A stretch of 61,811 nt of DNA, from the NCBI GenBank assembly GCA_036163455.1, contig JAYZKL010000035.1, positions 1-61,811 of the forward strand, read 5' to 3'. This DNA comes from Pseudomonadota bacterium. Its GTDB lineage: Bacteria > Pseudomonadota > Gammaproteobacteria > GCA-002705445 > GCA-002716945. The notes under the pieces were generated by a model. The model was not told where the DNA came from, did no database searches, and saw nothing but the letters and a program-made list of their open reading frames with translations. Shown here piece after piece: positions 10,165-20,027 of this stretch. The position numbers and the translations under genes are program-made. Numbering within the stretch: position 1 is the stretch's first letter; each line of letters opens with the position of its first letter.

Positions 10165-11415
10165 CTAACTATATAGCAAAGTTACGTTTAATCTTCTGTC
10201 AACAAAATTGTTCTTAAACCTATATTTATCTGTGGCATGAAATAGTTTCGAATTAAAAATTACGGCTCTATTTTCCTTATAAGGTATTTTTATTTGTTTG
10301 GCATTATTATCATTAAGCATTTTCTCAATATTAGTACTATTCTTAATATAATTATAATCTTCAAAATTCCAGTTTTCCTGTGGAAATTTATCCCAAATAA
10401 TCAATCCTCCAGCATCAGCATCAAGATTTGATACTTCTGGAGTTATCCAAAAATTTACATTTACCTTAGCATCATCAGCATGCACATTTATTCCATCTTG
10501 TTCACTATCATATTTGTAAATCCATGCTTCAGTAAGATGTAAATTATGAAAAGTTTGCGTAAAAGTATTCTTTAGATTATGAGCCAATTGTAAAATAAAT
10601 GTGTTAGATAACCCCTTTTCTAGAAAAGCCCCCATATAGCCATTAGCGTATGGATATTTAAAAATATTTGCTGATAAACAAAATTTATATAATTCATGTA
10701 ATGCTTCTTTGTTTAAAAAATTATCTACAACTACTATTTCAGGTGTTGCATTTTTATAATCTGATTCTATTTTTAAAATATCATTATCTGTATTTATAAA
10801 ATTTTCTTGGACAATTTTTGGCGGTTTATTATAAAGCTGTTTTAATAATTTTGATTTTATTTTGTCATTGAGTCCTTCTACTTTAAAATTACCTTTTTTA
10901 ATTTTTGCATATTCTTGTTCTAGAAAATTATAATAATCACTACTAAATTTTGTATTCCTTATCCCGTCTGGGTCGCCATCAATATATGTTAATTGCTCAA
11001 ATTCATGTTTTATTATTGATTCAATAGCTTTTTTATTATCTAATTTTTCAAGATCTTTTTTTAAAAAATTTTTTTCGGTATTTGTAATTGAGTTAGATTT
11101 TTTAAAATATTTATTAGCTTCTTCAATTTCTCCAATCCAGAGTAATGACAAAGCTAATTTAATACAAGTTTCAGGGCTATTTATATTTATTGAAAGAGAT
11201 TGTTTAAAACATTCAATAGATTTATATAATAAATTCTCATTATGCGAATCTTTGAATTTTAACTGATAAACTTCACCCAATAAATGATTTGCATAAAAGT
11301 TTTTCTTATCAATTTTTAGGATATTTTCATAAATTGTATTAGCTTGATCTAATAAGCCTTCATTATGCAGTTTAAGCGCAGAATTCAATAATACATTTAT
11401 ATTTTCAGCATTCAT
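10165..11415 (-). CDS. TPR-repeat protein fused to a 2OG-Fe(II)-oxygenase-like (double-stranded beta-helix) C-terminal domain
   Basis: The N-terminal ~110 aa are TPR-like helices. The C-terminus carries INVHADDAKVNVNFWITP (HxD), GGLIIWD, RAVIFNSKLFHAT (distal His) and RRLNVTLLY (Arg). The ATG lies 7 nt downstream of the tRNA-Phe 3' end. Confidence 0.6.
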   Translation of the reverse strand: MNAENINVLLNSALKLHNEGLLDQANTIYENILKIDKKNFYANHLLGEVYQLKFKDSHNENLLYKSIECFKQSLSININSPETCIKLALSLLWIGEIEEANKYFKKSNSITNTEKNFLKKDLEKLDNKKAIESIIKHEFEQLTYIDGDPDGIRNTKFSSDYYNFLEQEYAKIKKGNFKVEGLNDKIKSKLLKQLYNKPPKIVQENFINTDNDILKIESDYKNATPEIVVVDNFLNKEALHELYKFCLSANIFKYPYANGYMGAFLEKGLSNTFILQLAHNLKNTFTQTFHNLHLTEAWIYKYDSEQDGINVHADDAKVNVNFWITPEVSNLDADAGGLIIWDKFPQENWNFEDYNYIKNSTNIEKMLNDNNAKQIKIPYKENRAVIFNSKLFHATDKYRFKNNFVDRRLNVTLLYS

Positions 11416-11422
11416 GATATTT

Positions 11423-11495
<73 letters not shown>

Positions 11496-11502
11496 TATTA
11501 AA

Positions 11503-11775
11503 TTATTTTTTTTCTGGTACAAAACCTTCTGGTGCTTTAGATCCATCCCCAAAAAGAAACTTTTCCATTTCTTCTTCTAAGAATTTTCTAGATTTGGGAT
11601 CAACAGGTGTTAATCTCATTTCATTTATTAACATGGTTTGGTGGTTAACCCACATTTCCCAAGCCTCAGCAGAAATTTCATTCATAATTCTCAGGCCAAT
11701 TTCTCCCGGATAAGGCTGATAGTCTAAAGCTTCAGCTTCTTTTTTTAATTTTGTGCAGGTTATAATCTTAGCCAT
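11503..11775 (-). CDS. yggX: Fe(2+)-trafficking / oxidative-damage protection protein YggX
   Basis: 90 aa. The sequence [49 protein letters not shown] is typical of YggX. It lies downstream of mutY, as in E. coli and Pseudomonas. Confidence 0.9.
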   Translation of the reverse strand: MAKIITCTKLKKEAEALDYQPYPGEIGLRIMNEISAEAWEMWVNHQTMLINEMRLTPVDPKSRKFLEEEMEKFLFGDGSKAPEGFVPEKK

Positions 11776-11777
11776 AA

Positions 11778-12839
11778 TTAATTTTTAAATAAACTTAAAA
11801 TTTTTTCTTGAAACTTTGGTATACCATGTTCAATATCAGATAGATTATACCAATTATCATCACTAAGGATAAGCTTTTTATTAGATTTAACTTCGAACAA
11901 TTTAACTCTAAATGTAAAATCGATATGAGATAATTTATGTTTAAAAATTCCTGATTCTATTTCTGGATTATCTTTGAGGTTTTTTTGTTTCAACCATAGC
12001 GTCATTTTTTTTTCATTTATAAATAAAGGTGATGAATATAAGCCTTTCCAAAGCCCATCTAATGAAATTTTTTTCATGTAAAGTTTATTTTTATTAATAA
12101 TTAATGCAGTCCAAATATCCTGCTTTTTTATAGATAAATTTTTTTTATTTTTTGGTGATTGAAAGAAATTATTTTTAAAAGATTTGCAGCCTTTTTGTAT
12201 AGGGCATTCATCACAAATTGGATTAGTTTTTTTGCATACGAGAGAACCAATATCCATCAAAGCTTGATTGAAATCAGATGTCCTCTTAGCAGGTATGATT
12301 TGTTCAGAAATCTTCCATAATTGATTTTCAATTTTTTTATTAAAATTATTTAAATTGATACCATATACCCTAGATAATAATCTTTTTATATTCCCATCCA
12401 GAATAGGTAAATTTTCAATTTCCGCAAATGTTAAAATAGCTGACGCAGTGGTTCTGCCAATTCCTGGCAATTTTATTATATCATCATAATTTTTTGGAAA
12501 AGTTCCATTAAATTGTGTAACAATAATCTGAACAGTTTTATAAATATTCTCTGCTCTTCGGTAATAGCCCAGCCCACTCCATAATTTTAATATTGCATCA
12601 AGATTAGCTTTAGAAAGTTTCTTGAAATTTGGGTATTTCTTTATAAATGAAATAAAATATGGAATTACAGTAGATACTTGTGTTTGTTGGAGCATTATTT
12701 CGGATATCCATATTTTATATATATCAGTGCTCTTCCAAGGTAGATTTTTTCTTCCATTCTGATCATACCAGTCCAATATTTTTTTACTTGTACTTATTGT
12801 TCCACTAGAACGGTAATTTAATCTTCTCTTTGATATCAT
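11778..12839 (-). CDS. mutY: A/G-specific adenine DNA glycosylase MutY
   Basis: [30 protein letters not shown], the HhH-GPD motif [13 protein letters not shown], the 4Fe-4S cysteines C..C..C...C, and a NUDIX-like C-terminus are present. ATG at 12839; a TTG at 12854 is possible. Confidence 0.92.
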   Translation of the reverse strand: MISKRRLNYRSSGTISTSKKILDWYDQNGRKNLPWKSTDIYKIWISEIMLQQTQVSTVIPYFISFIKKYPNFKKLSKANLDAILKLWSGLGYYRRAENIYKTVQIIVTQFNGTFPKNYDDIIKLPGIGRTTASAILTFAEIENLPILDGNIKRLLSRVYGINLNNFNKKIENQLWKISEQIIPAKRTSDFNQALMDIGSLVCKKTNPICDECPIQKGCKSFKNNFFQSPKNKKNLSIKKQDIWTALIINKNKLYMKKISLDGLWKGLYSSPLFINEKKMTLWLKQKNLKDNPEIESGIFKHKLSHIDFTFRVKLFEVKSNKKLILSDDNWYNLSDIEHGIPKFQEKILSLFKN

Positions 12840-13608
12840 CTTGTATCTTTTCAATTAATTTATCTTTAAGAGGGTTAATAATTTCTTCAACAATTATATC
12901 TTCCAAATCTATAGAGACTTTTAAGTTATCCATTTTACCTTGGATTCTTATTGGTAATATTTTTCCTTGCAATTCTAGAGGATAATTTTCTTTATATTTT
13001 ACTTGGCGTATACTTTGCAGATCTCTCAAAGTCCCTTTTAGGTTAAATAAAACTTCCTTGGTTGAAAGATTAATTGTACCCTTGCCTCTCGCCTGTAATA
13101 ACTCTGATTCAATCTTTATATCATTTATTTGCATATTTTGTTCTTCAATTTTTGCTGTTGAGTATAGTTGATAAATTTTTGTAGCATTATTTTTACTCAA
13201 TGAGGAGAAATTTTTGAACTTTATTAATGAATAGGTTTTCATAAGAATTTCATCAACATTTACTCCATAATAAATAAGATTATTAGCTACAACTTCTTCT
13301 GCATCAATTACTTGATTCATAAGATTTTCTTTAGAAATTGCAATGACTGCTTCATCTATATCAATAATCTTTTTATTAGGCATTGCTATATCATCTATAA
13401 TTTTTATCCCTTTCATGGAAACACTAGGGCTTGGATCATAGCTCCAGGTTGTGCTGTCATATGTAAATTTATATTGTATTTTTGAAGAAATATACTCTCC
13501 TATCTCATCTTTAAAGTTATCTGGATTGAAAAAAAAGAAAGTATATATAAATACTGATAGCAAAATTAAGATAATGAAGGATATTGAATATTGAATAGTT
13601 TTTTTCAT
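12805..13608 (-). CDS. short AsmA-family protein (267 aa)
   Basis: An N-terminal TM helix is followed by FNPDNFKDEIGEYISSKIQYKF, which resembles the E. coli AsmA start (VNPNDFRDYMVKQVAARSGYQLQL). The C-terminal ARGKGTINLSTKEV..L.GTL is AsmA_2-like. Its position upstream of mutY is conserved. Confidence 0.6.
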   Translation of the reverse strand: MKKTIQYSISFIILILLSVFIYTFFFFNPDNFKDEIGEYISSKIQYKFTYDSTTWSYDPSPSVSMKGIKIIDDIAMPNKKIIDIDEAVIAISKENLMNQVIDAEEVVANNLIYYGVNVDEILMKTYSLIKFKNFSSLSKNNATKIYQLYSTAKIEEQNMQINDIKIESELLQARGKGTINLSTKEVLFNLKGTLRDLQSIRQVKYKENYPLELQGKILPIRIQGKMDNLKVSIDLEDIIVEEIINPLKDKLIEKIQDDIKEKIKLPF

Positions 13609-14084
13609 TTTTTATATTTGTAGTCTCCAGATTTTCCACCCGTTTTTTGTATAAGTTTTATGTCAGAAATTAACATTGCTTTATCTAAGTATTTGCACAT
13701 ATCATAGATAGTTAATAAGCTTATTTGTGTTGCCATTAAACTTTCTATTTCTACTCCAGTTTTTCCAACTGAAGTAACTTCACTGACACATTCAATTTGG
13801 TTTGTTTTATTAATAATTTCAAAATTTATCTTTACATTTGATATATCTATTGGATGTGCAAGAGGGATTAATTCTGAAGTTTTTTTTGCTGCTTGTATTC
13901 CAGCTATTTTAGCAACAGAGAATACATCTCCTTTTTTGTTTGTATTTTCTTTTATAGAAGTAATAGTCTCCTTTGATGTATTAATAAACCCAGATGAGAT
14001 CGCCTTTCTTTTAGTTACTTTTTTGTCAGCAATATCTACCATTTGTACATTGCCTTTATTATCAATATGATTATTTTTTTTCAT
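13605..14084 (-). CDS. moaC: cyclic pyranopterin monophosphate synthase MoaC
   Basis: 159 aa with motifs GDVFSVAKIAGIQAAKKTSELIPLAHP and KTGVEIESLMA...IYDMCK. Confidence 0.9.
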   Translation of the reverse strand: MKKNNHIDNKGNVQMVDIADKKVTKRKAISSGFINTSKETITSIKENTNKKGDVFSVAKIAGIQAAKKTSELIPLAHPIDISNVKINFEIINKTNQIECVSEVTSVGKTGVEIESLMATQISLLTIYDMCKYLDKAMLISDIKLIQKTGGKSGDYKYKK

Positions 14085-14146
14085 TTTTTTATATTATTAA
14101 TGCTCTATTAATTTTACAATATTACTCTGTAATTTATTAGATATAT

Positions 14147-14737
14147 ATGAAGATTATCCTTGCCTCTAAAAACAACGATAAAATCGATGAAATCAAAAAG
14201 ATTCTTGCTAAAACAAATATAGATTTGGTTACATCTAACGATATAACATTTCCAGATGTAGAAGAAACAGGTAGTACTTTTGTTGAAAATGCATTATTAA
14301 AGGCTAAAAGTGCATCTGAAGCTACTGGGCTAGGGTCTATTGCCGATGATTCAGGAATAGAGGTTAATTATCTTAATGGTAAACCAGGTATAAAATCGGC
14401 GCGATTTGCAGGTGAAAATGCTACAAATGAAGAGAACAATATAAAACTATTAAATGAGCTCTCTAATGTTCCATTTGAAGATCGTAGGGCATCATATAGG
14501 TGTGTGATTGTCTATATGAGGTTCCCTGGAGACCCATATCCATTTATATCATTTGGTTCCTGGGATGGATATATTGGATTACATCCAAAAGGCAAAAATG
14601 GTTTTGGTTATGACCCTATCTTCTATCTACCTGAATATAAAAAAACATCTGCAGAAATTAGTCCTTCTGAAAAAAATAAAATTAGTCATCGTGCTCAAGC
14701 CCTTTCAAAACTAGAAGATTTTTTTAGAAAAACTTAA
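14147..14737 (+). CDS. rdgB: dITP/XTP pyrophosphatase (Ham1/RdgB family)
   Basis: N-terminal KIILASKNNDKIDEI, plus the motifs E.G.TF.ENA..KA, ADDSG and FGYDPIF. Confidence 0.9.
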   Translation: MKIILASKNNDKIDEIKKILAKTNIDLVTSNDITFPDVEETGSTFVENALLKAKSASEATGLGSIADDSGIEVNYLNGKPGIKSARFAGENATNEENNIKLLNELSNVPFEDRRASYRCVIVYMRFPGDPYPFISFGSWDGYIGLHPKGKNGFGYDPIFYLPEYKKTSAEISPSEKNKISHRAQALSKLEDFFRKT

Positions 14738-14782
14738 AAAAATAAATGCAAAATCTCACAGGACTTCTAATATAATAAAATT

Positions 14783-16279
14783 ATGTTTTATAAAAAATTT
14801 CAACTTCTATTTATTTTTGTTTTAGTTTCCTTCTTTTTATCAGGATGCGCAAAAAACCCTGTATCAGGAATGCCTGATTTTGTAACAATAACGGAACAAC
14901 AAGAAATCAGTATGGGCGCATCATATCATTCTAAAATTCTAGAAGAGAATAAAGTTATCAAAAATATAGAACTTAATAATTATTTTACAGAGTTAGGTGA
15001 GACTATTGCTAAAAATAGCCATAGACCTCAACTTAATTGGAAATTTACATTGATCGATAACCCGCAGTTTAATGCTTTTGCAACACCTGGGGGGTATGTC
15101 TACTTTTATAGGGGTATTCTACCGTATTTTAATTCAGAAGAAGAATTTGTTGGTGTTATAGGTCATGAAATAGGTCATATAACTGCTAGGCATGCAGTAA
15201 GAGGAATGAGTACGGCTCAAGTAACAAATATCTTAATTGGTTTAGTTGCATCTAGAGTTCCCGGTAGTCAGTTAACTAACAATGCATTTAATCTTTTAAA
15301 TATGGCGATTAATAGAGGGTATAGTAGAAAATATGAACTTGAAGCTGACCAACTAGGAAAAGAGTATTTATTAGCATCTGGTTATAACCCTAATGCTATG
15401 CAATCTTTTTTACAAGTTATGAAAGCTAGAGATGATTTAGAACATAAAATAGCAGAATCTGAAGGGAGAGAACCAATGGTCGGTTATCATGGGATTTTTT
15501 CAACTCATCCAGATACTGAAAAAAGAATAGAAAAAGTTATAGCTAAAAATAACTTTCAAACTAATAAAAAAAGTAAGAATAAAGAAAAATTTTTAAAAAT
15601 GATTGATGGTCTACTTTATGGTTCAAGTCCTGAAGAAGGATATGTAAAAAATAACGTATTCTACCATTCTGATTTGGCTATTAAATTTAGTTTTGATGAT
15701 TCATGGTTGCTTCAAAATAATCCAAAAAATATTATTTTAACAAAAGAAGATAATAAGCTAGTTATAAGTTTAGATGAACTTTTAAAAGATGACTTAGAAA
15801 ATGGATTAACGCCAAAAAAATTTCTAGAAGATGGTATCAATAAAACCTCTTTTTTAGAAAGGCATGAATTACTTGAAAATCAAGAATTTAATTATAATGG
15901 ACTAACAGGTCATACTATGTTCTATAAATCATCTAGTACTTTTACCGAAAAATATAAAAGGTTTACTGCAATATTTGATATTAAAGAGAAAGGGTTTAAA
16001 CCTAAGGTATGGATATTTGTTTCAGAAAGCCCTAAAGCTTCTGATGATTCTTCAGCCAAATCAATTGTAAAAACCTTCTCAAAAATGTCTGCTGAGGAGG
16101 TGAAAAATTCAAAGGGGCTTCGAATAAAAGTAATTAGGTTCAGATCTGGTATGAGCTATGAAACCCTAGCAAAACAATCACCACTTGGTAAATTTGCATC
16201 TGATAAACTCAGATTGCTCAATGGTCATTATCCTGACAAAAATCCAAAAGTTGGGGACCTCATAAAGATTGTACAATAA
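14783..16279 (+). CDS. M48-family zinc metalloprotease, predicted lipoprotein
   Basis: Lipobox FFLSGC at the N-terminus, zinc motif GHEIGHITARH, and a ~250-aa C-terminal extension of unknown function. Confidence 0.8.
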   Translation: MFYKKFQLLFIFVLVSFFLSGCAKNPVSGMPDFVTITEQQEISMGASYHSKILEENKVIKNIELNNYFTELGETIAKNSHRPQLNWKFTLIDNPQFNAFATPGGYVYFYRGILPYFNSEEEFVGVIGHEIGHITARHAVRGMSTAQVTNILIGLVASRVPGSQLTNNAFNLLNMAINRGYSRKYELEADQLGKEYLLASGYNPNAMQSFLQVMKARDDLEHKIAESEGREPMVGYHGIFSTHPDTEKRIEKVIAKNNFQTNKKSKNKEKFLKMIDGLLYGSSPEEGYVKNNVFYHSDLAIKFSFDDSWLLQNNPKNIILTKEDNKLVISLDELLKDDLENGLTPKKFLEDGINKTSFLERHELLENQEFNYNGLTGHTMFYKSSSTFTEKYKRFTAIFDIKEKGFKPKVWIFVSESPKASDDSSAKSIVKTFSKMSAEEVKNSKGLRIKVIRFRSGMSYETLAKQSPLGKFASDKLRLLNGHYPDKNPKVGDLIKIVQ

Positions 16280-17183
16280 AAATAATAAAAATAGAGCTTA
16301 TATTATGGATACAACTGGCTTTGTTCTTAAATATTGGTTTGCAATGCCACAAATTCAAACTAAAAATTATGAATCAATTTCAGCTTTCCTTGGTTTCTGC
16401 ACATTTTTCCTCAACTTACTTAAAAGATTAAATCCAAAATTAATTGTTTGTACATTTGATGAAAGCCTAGGAACATGCTTCAGAAATAAAATCTTTCCAG
16501 ACTACAAAAAAAATCGTGAGAAAGCTCCTCAGGAACTTAAAATTCAATTTAAATTATGTAGAGAGTTTCTAAATTTAATTGGTATTAATAATATGGCAAG
16601 CGAGAAATATGAAGCTGATGATATAATAAATACATTGTCTATAAATAATAGAAAGTATGGGATATCTAATACAATTCTTACAAATGATAAAGATTTATTT
16701 CAGACAATATATGATGATGATTTTTGGTGGGATTTAAATAATAAAAAATATAATCATAAAGATTTAAAGAAAAAACTTAGTTTCTCTCCACAAAACCTCA
16801 CTGATTTTTTAGGTTTAATGGGAGATTCAGTTGACAATATACCCGGTGCTCCAGGAATTGGCGAAAAGACCGCTGCTGTTTTGATTAATAAATATAAAAA
16901 TATTGATAATATATTTGATAATATTAATTTAATTTCATCAGATTTAGGGAAAAAATTTCATAGATATGTAAATATAATAATTGAAAATAAAGAAATAATT
17001 TATTTATCAAAAAAACTCGCCACATTGGAATATATTGATACTATAAAAAGTGATAATAAATTGTTTGAAAGACACGAGGTTAATCTTGAAGAAGTTGATA
17101 GTTTTTTGACAAAAACAGGAATGAGATTAGGACAGAAAGATTCTTGGATTAATCAAATTAAAAGCTTGTGTGAGGTTATATGA
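16269..17183 (+). CDS. stand-alone 5'-3' exonuclease / flap endonuclease (Xni/ExoIX-like)
   Basis: PIN-like N-terminus (RAYIMDTTGFVLKYWFA, FDE...R...FPDYKKNR, EADD) and the H3TH motif DFLGLMGDSVDNIPGAPGIGEKTAAVLI. No polymerase domain. TTG start at 16269 is inferred to retain the first beta-strand. Confidence 0.8.
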   Translation: MYNKNNKNRAYIMDTTGFVLKYWFAMPQIQTKNYESISAFLGFCTFFLNLLKRLNPKLIVCTFDESLGTCFRNKIFPDYKKNREKAPQELKIQFKLCREFLNLIGINNMASEKYEADDIINTLSINNRKYGISNTILTNDKDLFQTIYDDDFWWDLNNKKYNHKDLKKKLSFSPQNLTDFLGLMGDSVDNIPGAPGIGEKTAAVLINKYKNIDNIFDNINLISSDLGKKFHRYVNIIIENKEIIYLSKKLATLEYIDTIKSDNKLFERHEVNLEEVDSFLTKTGMRLGQKDSWINQIKSLCEVI

Positions 17184-18439
17184 AAAAAAATATTTTTTAT
17201 GCTCAATCTGGTGGTGTAACCCCAGTAATTAATGCTACTGCATTAGGATTAATAAAATCAGCTCTAAAAAATAGAAATTTATTTGGAAAAGTTTTTGCGG
17301 GTAAAAATGGTATTATTGGTGCTCTAAAGGAAGAACTGATTGATATTTCGAAAGAAAATAAAAAAGAATTAGAAAAATTAAAATTTACACCAGGCGGAGC
17401 TTTTGGTTCCTGCAGACTAAAACTCAAAGATCCTATCAAAAATAAGAGAGAGTTTCAGAGAATACTTGAAGTGTTTAATGCTCATAATATTGGTTATTTT
17501 TTCTACAATGGTGGTGGTGACTCACAAGATACAACGCTCAAACTATCACAATTTTTTAAATCAATGAATTATGATATAAAATGCATTGGTTTGCCGAAAA
17601 CTATCGATAATGACTTACCTATAACTGACAACTGCCCAGGTTTTGGTACTGCTGCAAAGTATATTGCAGTTTCTACATTTGAAGCGTCTCTTGATGTATC
17701 TTCAATGGCAGAATCTTCAACAAAAGTATTTATTTTAGAAGTGATGGGAAGACATGCCGGTTGGTTAGCTGCTGCTTCTGGAATTATAAAAAAAACTAAT
17801 ACTGATGCACCTCATATTATTTTATTACCAGAAGTTACCTTCAATTCAAAAAAATTTCTTCAAAAAGTAAATCAAATAGTTAAAAAAGAAGGTTATTGTG
17901 TTGTTGTTACATCTGAAGGTATTAGAAATAATAAAAAGGAATTTTTATCTAGTAGTAAAGATAGAGATAGCTTTGGTCATGCACAACTAGGTGGGGTTGC
18001 TCCTAAATTAGCTGCTCTGATAAGCACATCCCTTAAATATAAGGTTCATTGGTCAGTATCTGATTATCTTCAAAGAGCATCAAGACATATAGGTTCCAAA
18101 ATTGATGTTGAACAAGCATTTGAATTAGGAAAAAAATCAATTCAATTTGCTAAACAAGGAAAAAATGAAATTATGTTAACTATAAAGGCTAAAAAGAAGA
18201 ATGCTAAATATTCTTGGTCAATTGGATATACTAATTTACAAAATGTTGCCAATAAAGAAAAACCTTTACCTAAAAAATTCATCAGCGTAGACAGATTTGG
18301 TATTTCACATAAATGCAAAGAATATATATTGAATTTAGTAAAAGGAGAAGACTATCCGCAATATAAGAATGGTATACCTCAATATGCTAAATTAAAAAAG
18401 ACATTGATTAAAAAGAAGCTAAAAAAATTTCTTATCTAA
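17180..18439 (+). CDS. pfp: pyrophosphate-dependent 6-phosphofructokinase (diphosphate--fructose-6-phosphate 1-phosphotransferase)
   Basis: PFK family. NGGGDSQDT carries Asp where ATP-PFKs have Gly, and GLPKTIDNDL carries Lys where ATP-PFKs have Gly. Both are signatures of PPi dependence. MGRHAGWLA is also present. Confidence 0.8.
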   Translation: MKKNIFYAQSGGVTPVINATALGLIKSALKNRNLFGKVFAGKNGIIGALKEELIDISKENKKELEKLKFTPGGAFGSCRLKLKDPIKNKREFQRILEVFNAHNIGYFFYNGGGDSQDTTLKLSQFFKSMNYDIKCIGLPKTIDNDLPITDNCPGFGTAAKYIAVSTFEASLDVSSMAESSTKVFILEVMGRHAGWLAAASGIIKKTNTDAPHIILLPEVTFNSKKFLQKVNQIVKKEGYCVVVTSEGIRNNKKEFLSSSKDRDSFGHAQLGGVAPKLAALISTSLKYKVHWSVSDYLQRASRHIGSKIDVEQAFELGKKSIQFAKQGKNEIMLTIKAKKKNAKYSWSIGYTNLQNVANKEKPLPKKFISVDRFGISHKCKEYILNLVKGEDYPQYKNGIPQYAKLKKTLIKKKLKKFLI

Positions 18440-19422
18440 AATTCTTTCTCTTGATTTATGATGATATCTTCTAATACATCAATAAAACTATCATGATTAT
18501 TTAAACAGTTGATGAAATTATATTTCTCTCCATTCGAATCTAAAAAAGTATCCTTTGCTTCTTCACCAACCTCTTCTAAAGTTTCTAGACAATCTGATAC
18601 AAAACCTGGGCAAAAAACTTGTATATTTTTAACGCCATGATTAGGTAATTCTTTTAATCTTTCAGACAAATATGGTTTTAGCCATTCCGATTTACCTAAT
18701 CTTGATTGAAAAACTACTTCGTAGTCCTGTTTTTGTATTTTTAATTGTTTGGCAATAAGTTCAGAAGTTTTATAACATTGATCTTCATAGGGCTCATCTG
18801 GCCCAATGTAGGATTTAGGTATTCCATGATACGAGAATAAAAGCTTATCTGGATTTCCATTTTCTTCCTGAAATCTTTTTATTTTATTTGAAAGTGCCTG
18901 TATATATACATTATGTTTATGAAAATCTGAAACAAATTTATAATTTGTAAATAGTTTTTTATATTCACAAATCTTCTTAAAAATTGATAGAGTGGTAGTC
19001 GTTGAATATTGAGGAAAAAGAGGTATATAAATTATTTTTTTATATCCAAAACTTTCCAACTTTTTTATTACCGAATCAATTGAAGGTTTTCCATATCTCA
19101 TAGCAAATTCAATATGGTACTTTTCAGGATAGTTTTTATTCATTTTTTTTTGCAAGCATTCTGCTTGATCATAAGTATTAAACAATAATGGAGAACCTCT
19201 CTTCGTCCAAACTTGTTTATATAATTCTGCACTTTTCTTAGACCTGAAAGGTAAGATAAATGTATACAATATAGGCAACCAAATCACACGCGGCATTCTT
19301 ATCACGTCTTTATCAGAAAGAAACTCTTTTAAATACTCCCTGACTTCTTTTTCTTCGGGTTTATCTGGTGTTCCAAGATTGATTAAGAGGACAGCTGTCC
19401 TACAGTTTGAATTATTATTCAT
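18436..19422 (-). CDS. hemH: ferrochelatase
   Basis: Motifs VLLINLGTPD, PLFPQYS..TT, FSYHGIP and the C-terminal CLETLEE block. Confidence 0.92.
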   Translation of the reverse strand: MNNNSNCRTAVLLINLGTPDKPEEKEVREYLKEFLSDKDVIRMPRVIWLPILYTFILPFRSKKSAELYKQVWTKRGSPLLFNTYDQAECLQKKMNKNYPEKYHIEFAMRYGKPSIDSVIKKLESFGYKKIIYIPLFPQYSTTTTLSIFKKICEYKKLFTNYKFVSDFHKHNVYIQALSNKIKRFQEENGNPDKLLFSYHGIPKSYIGPDEPYEDQCYKTSELIAKQLKIQKQDYEVVFQSRLGKSEWLKPYLSERLKELPNHGVKNIQVFCPGFVSDCLETLEEVGEEAKDTFLDSNGEKYNFINCLNNHDSFIDVLEDIIINQEKEF

Positions 19423-19442
19423 TCATTAATTTTAAAATAATA

Positions 19443-20027
19443 TTAGCCTATTTTGTATCTCTCAAATATTGGACTAGATTTAGGAATATGAGACATTAAA
19501 AATTCCATCTGATCAGCCAAAATCTTTCTTCCCTTCAAAAGTATATATTCTACTCTCGATGGTATGAATGGTATCGCTATTAAGAGCATTTTTGCATCTT
19601 CAGGAGTTTTCCCTCCTTTTGCGTTGTTACATCTCCTGCAAGCTGTTACAACATTTGTCCATACATCTTTGCCGCCGTGAGATAGGGGTACAATATGATC
19701 GCGTGATAGTTCTTTTTTGATGAATTCAAGACCACAGTACATACAATGATGATTATCTCTTTTAAATAAAGTCTCATTATTCAAAGTAGGTGTAAATGAA
19801 GAATAATCAAATTTTCCTAGACTGCGCGTAGCTACAATAGAGTTAAGGAGAATCTTGCTTTGCTCGCTAGTAATCTTATTAAAACCCCCTCTTATGAGCA
19901 GCGAGGATGTCCCACACTCATACGAAACCTGGTCATTACAGTACAATCTAACGGCATCCTGATAATTAATCCATCCTGTGGGTCTTCCGGCTGAATTGAG
20001 CCTTAATATTTGCTGTTGAGTAATCAT
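19443..20027 (-). CDS. HNH endonuclease-domain protein (194 aa)
   Basis: HNH/zinc motif: CMYCG...SRDHIVPLSHGG.DVWTNVVTACRRCNNAKG. The N-terminal ~90 aa have no assignable function. Confidence 0.75.
   Translation of the reverse strand: MITQQQILRLNSAGRPTGWINYQDAVRLYCNDQVSYECGTSSLLIRGGFNKITSEQSKILLNSIVATRSLGKFDYSSFTPTLNNETLFKRDNHHCMYCGLEFIKKELSRDHIVPLSHGGKDVWTNVVTACRRCNNAKGGKTPEDAKMLLIAIPFIPSRVEYILLKGRKILADQMEFLMSHIPKSSPIFERYKIG

Noticed and set aside
19443-20027. HNH gene as a homing endonuclease, or as part of a restriction or defence system.
   Set aside because: There is no interrupted host gene, intron or intein context, methyltransferase or other defence partner within the flanks. It is kept only as a low-interest finding.
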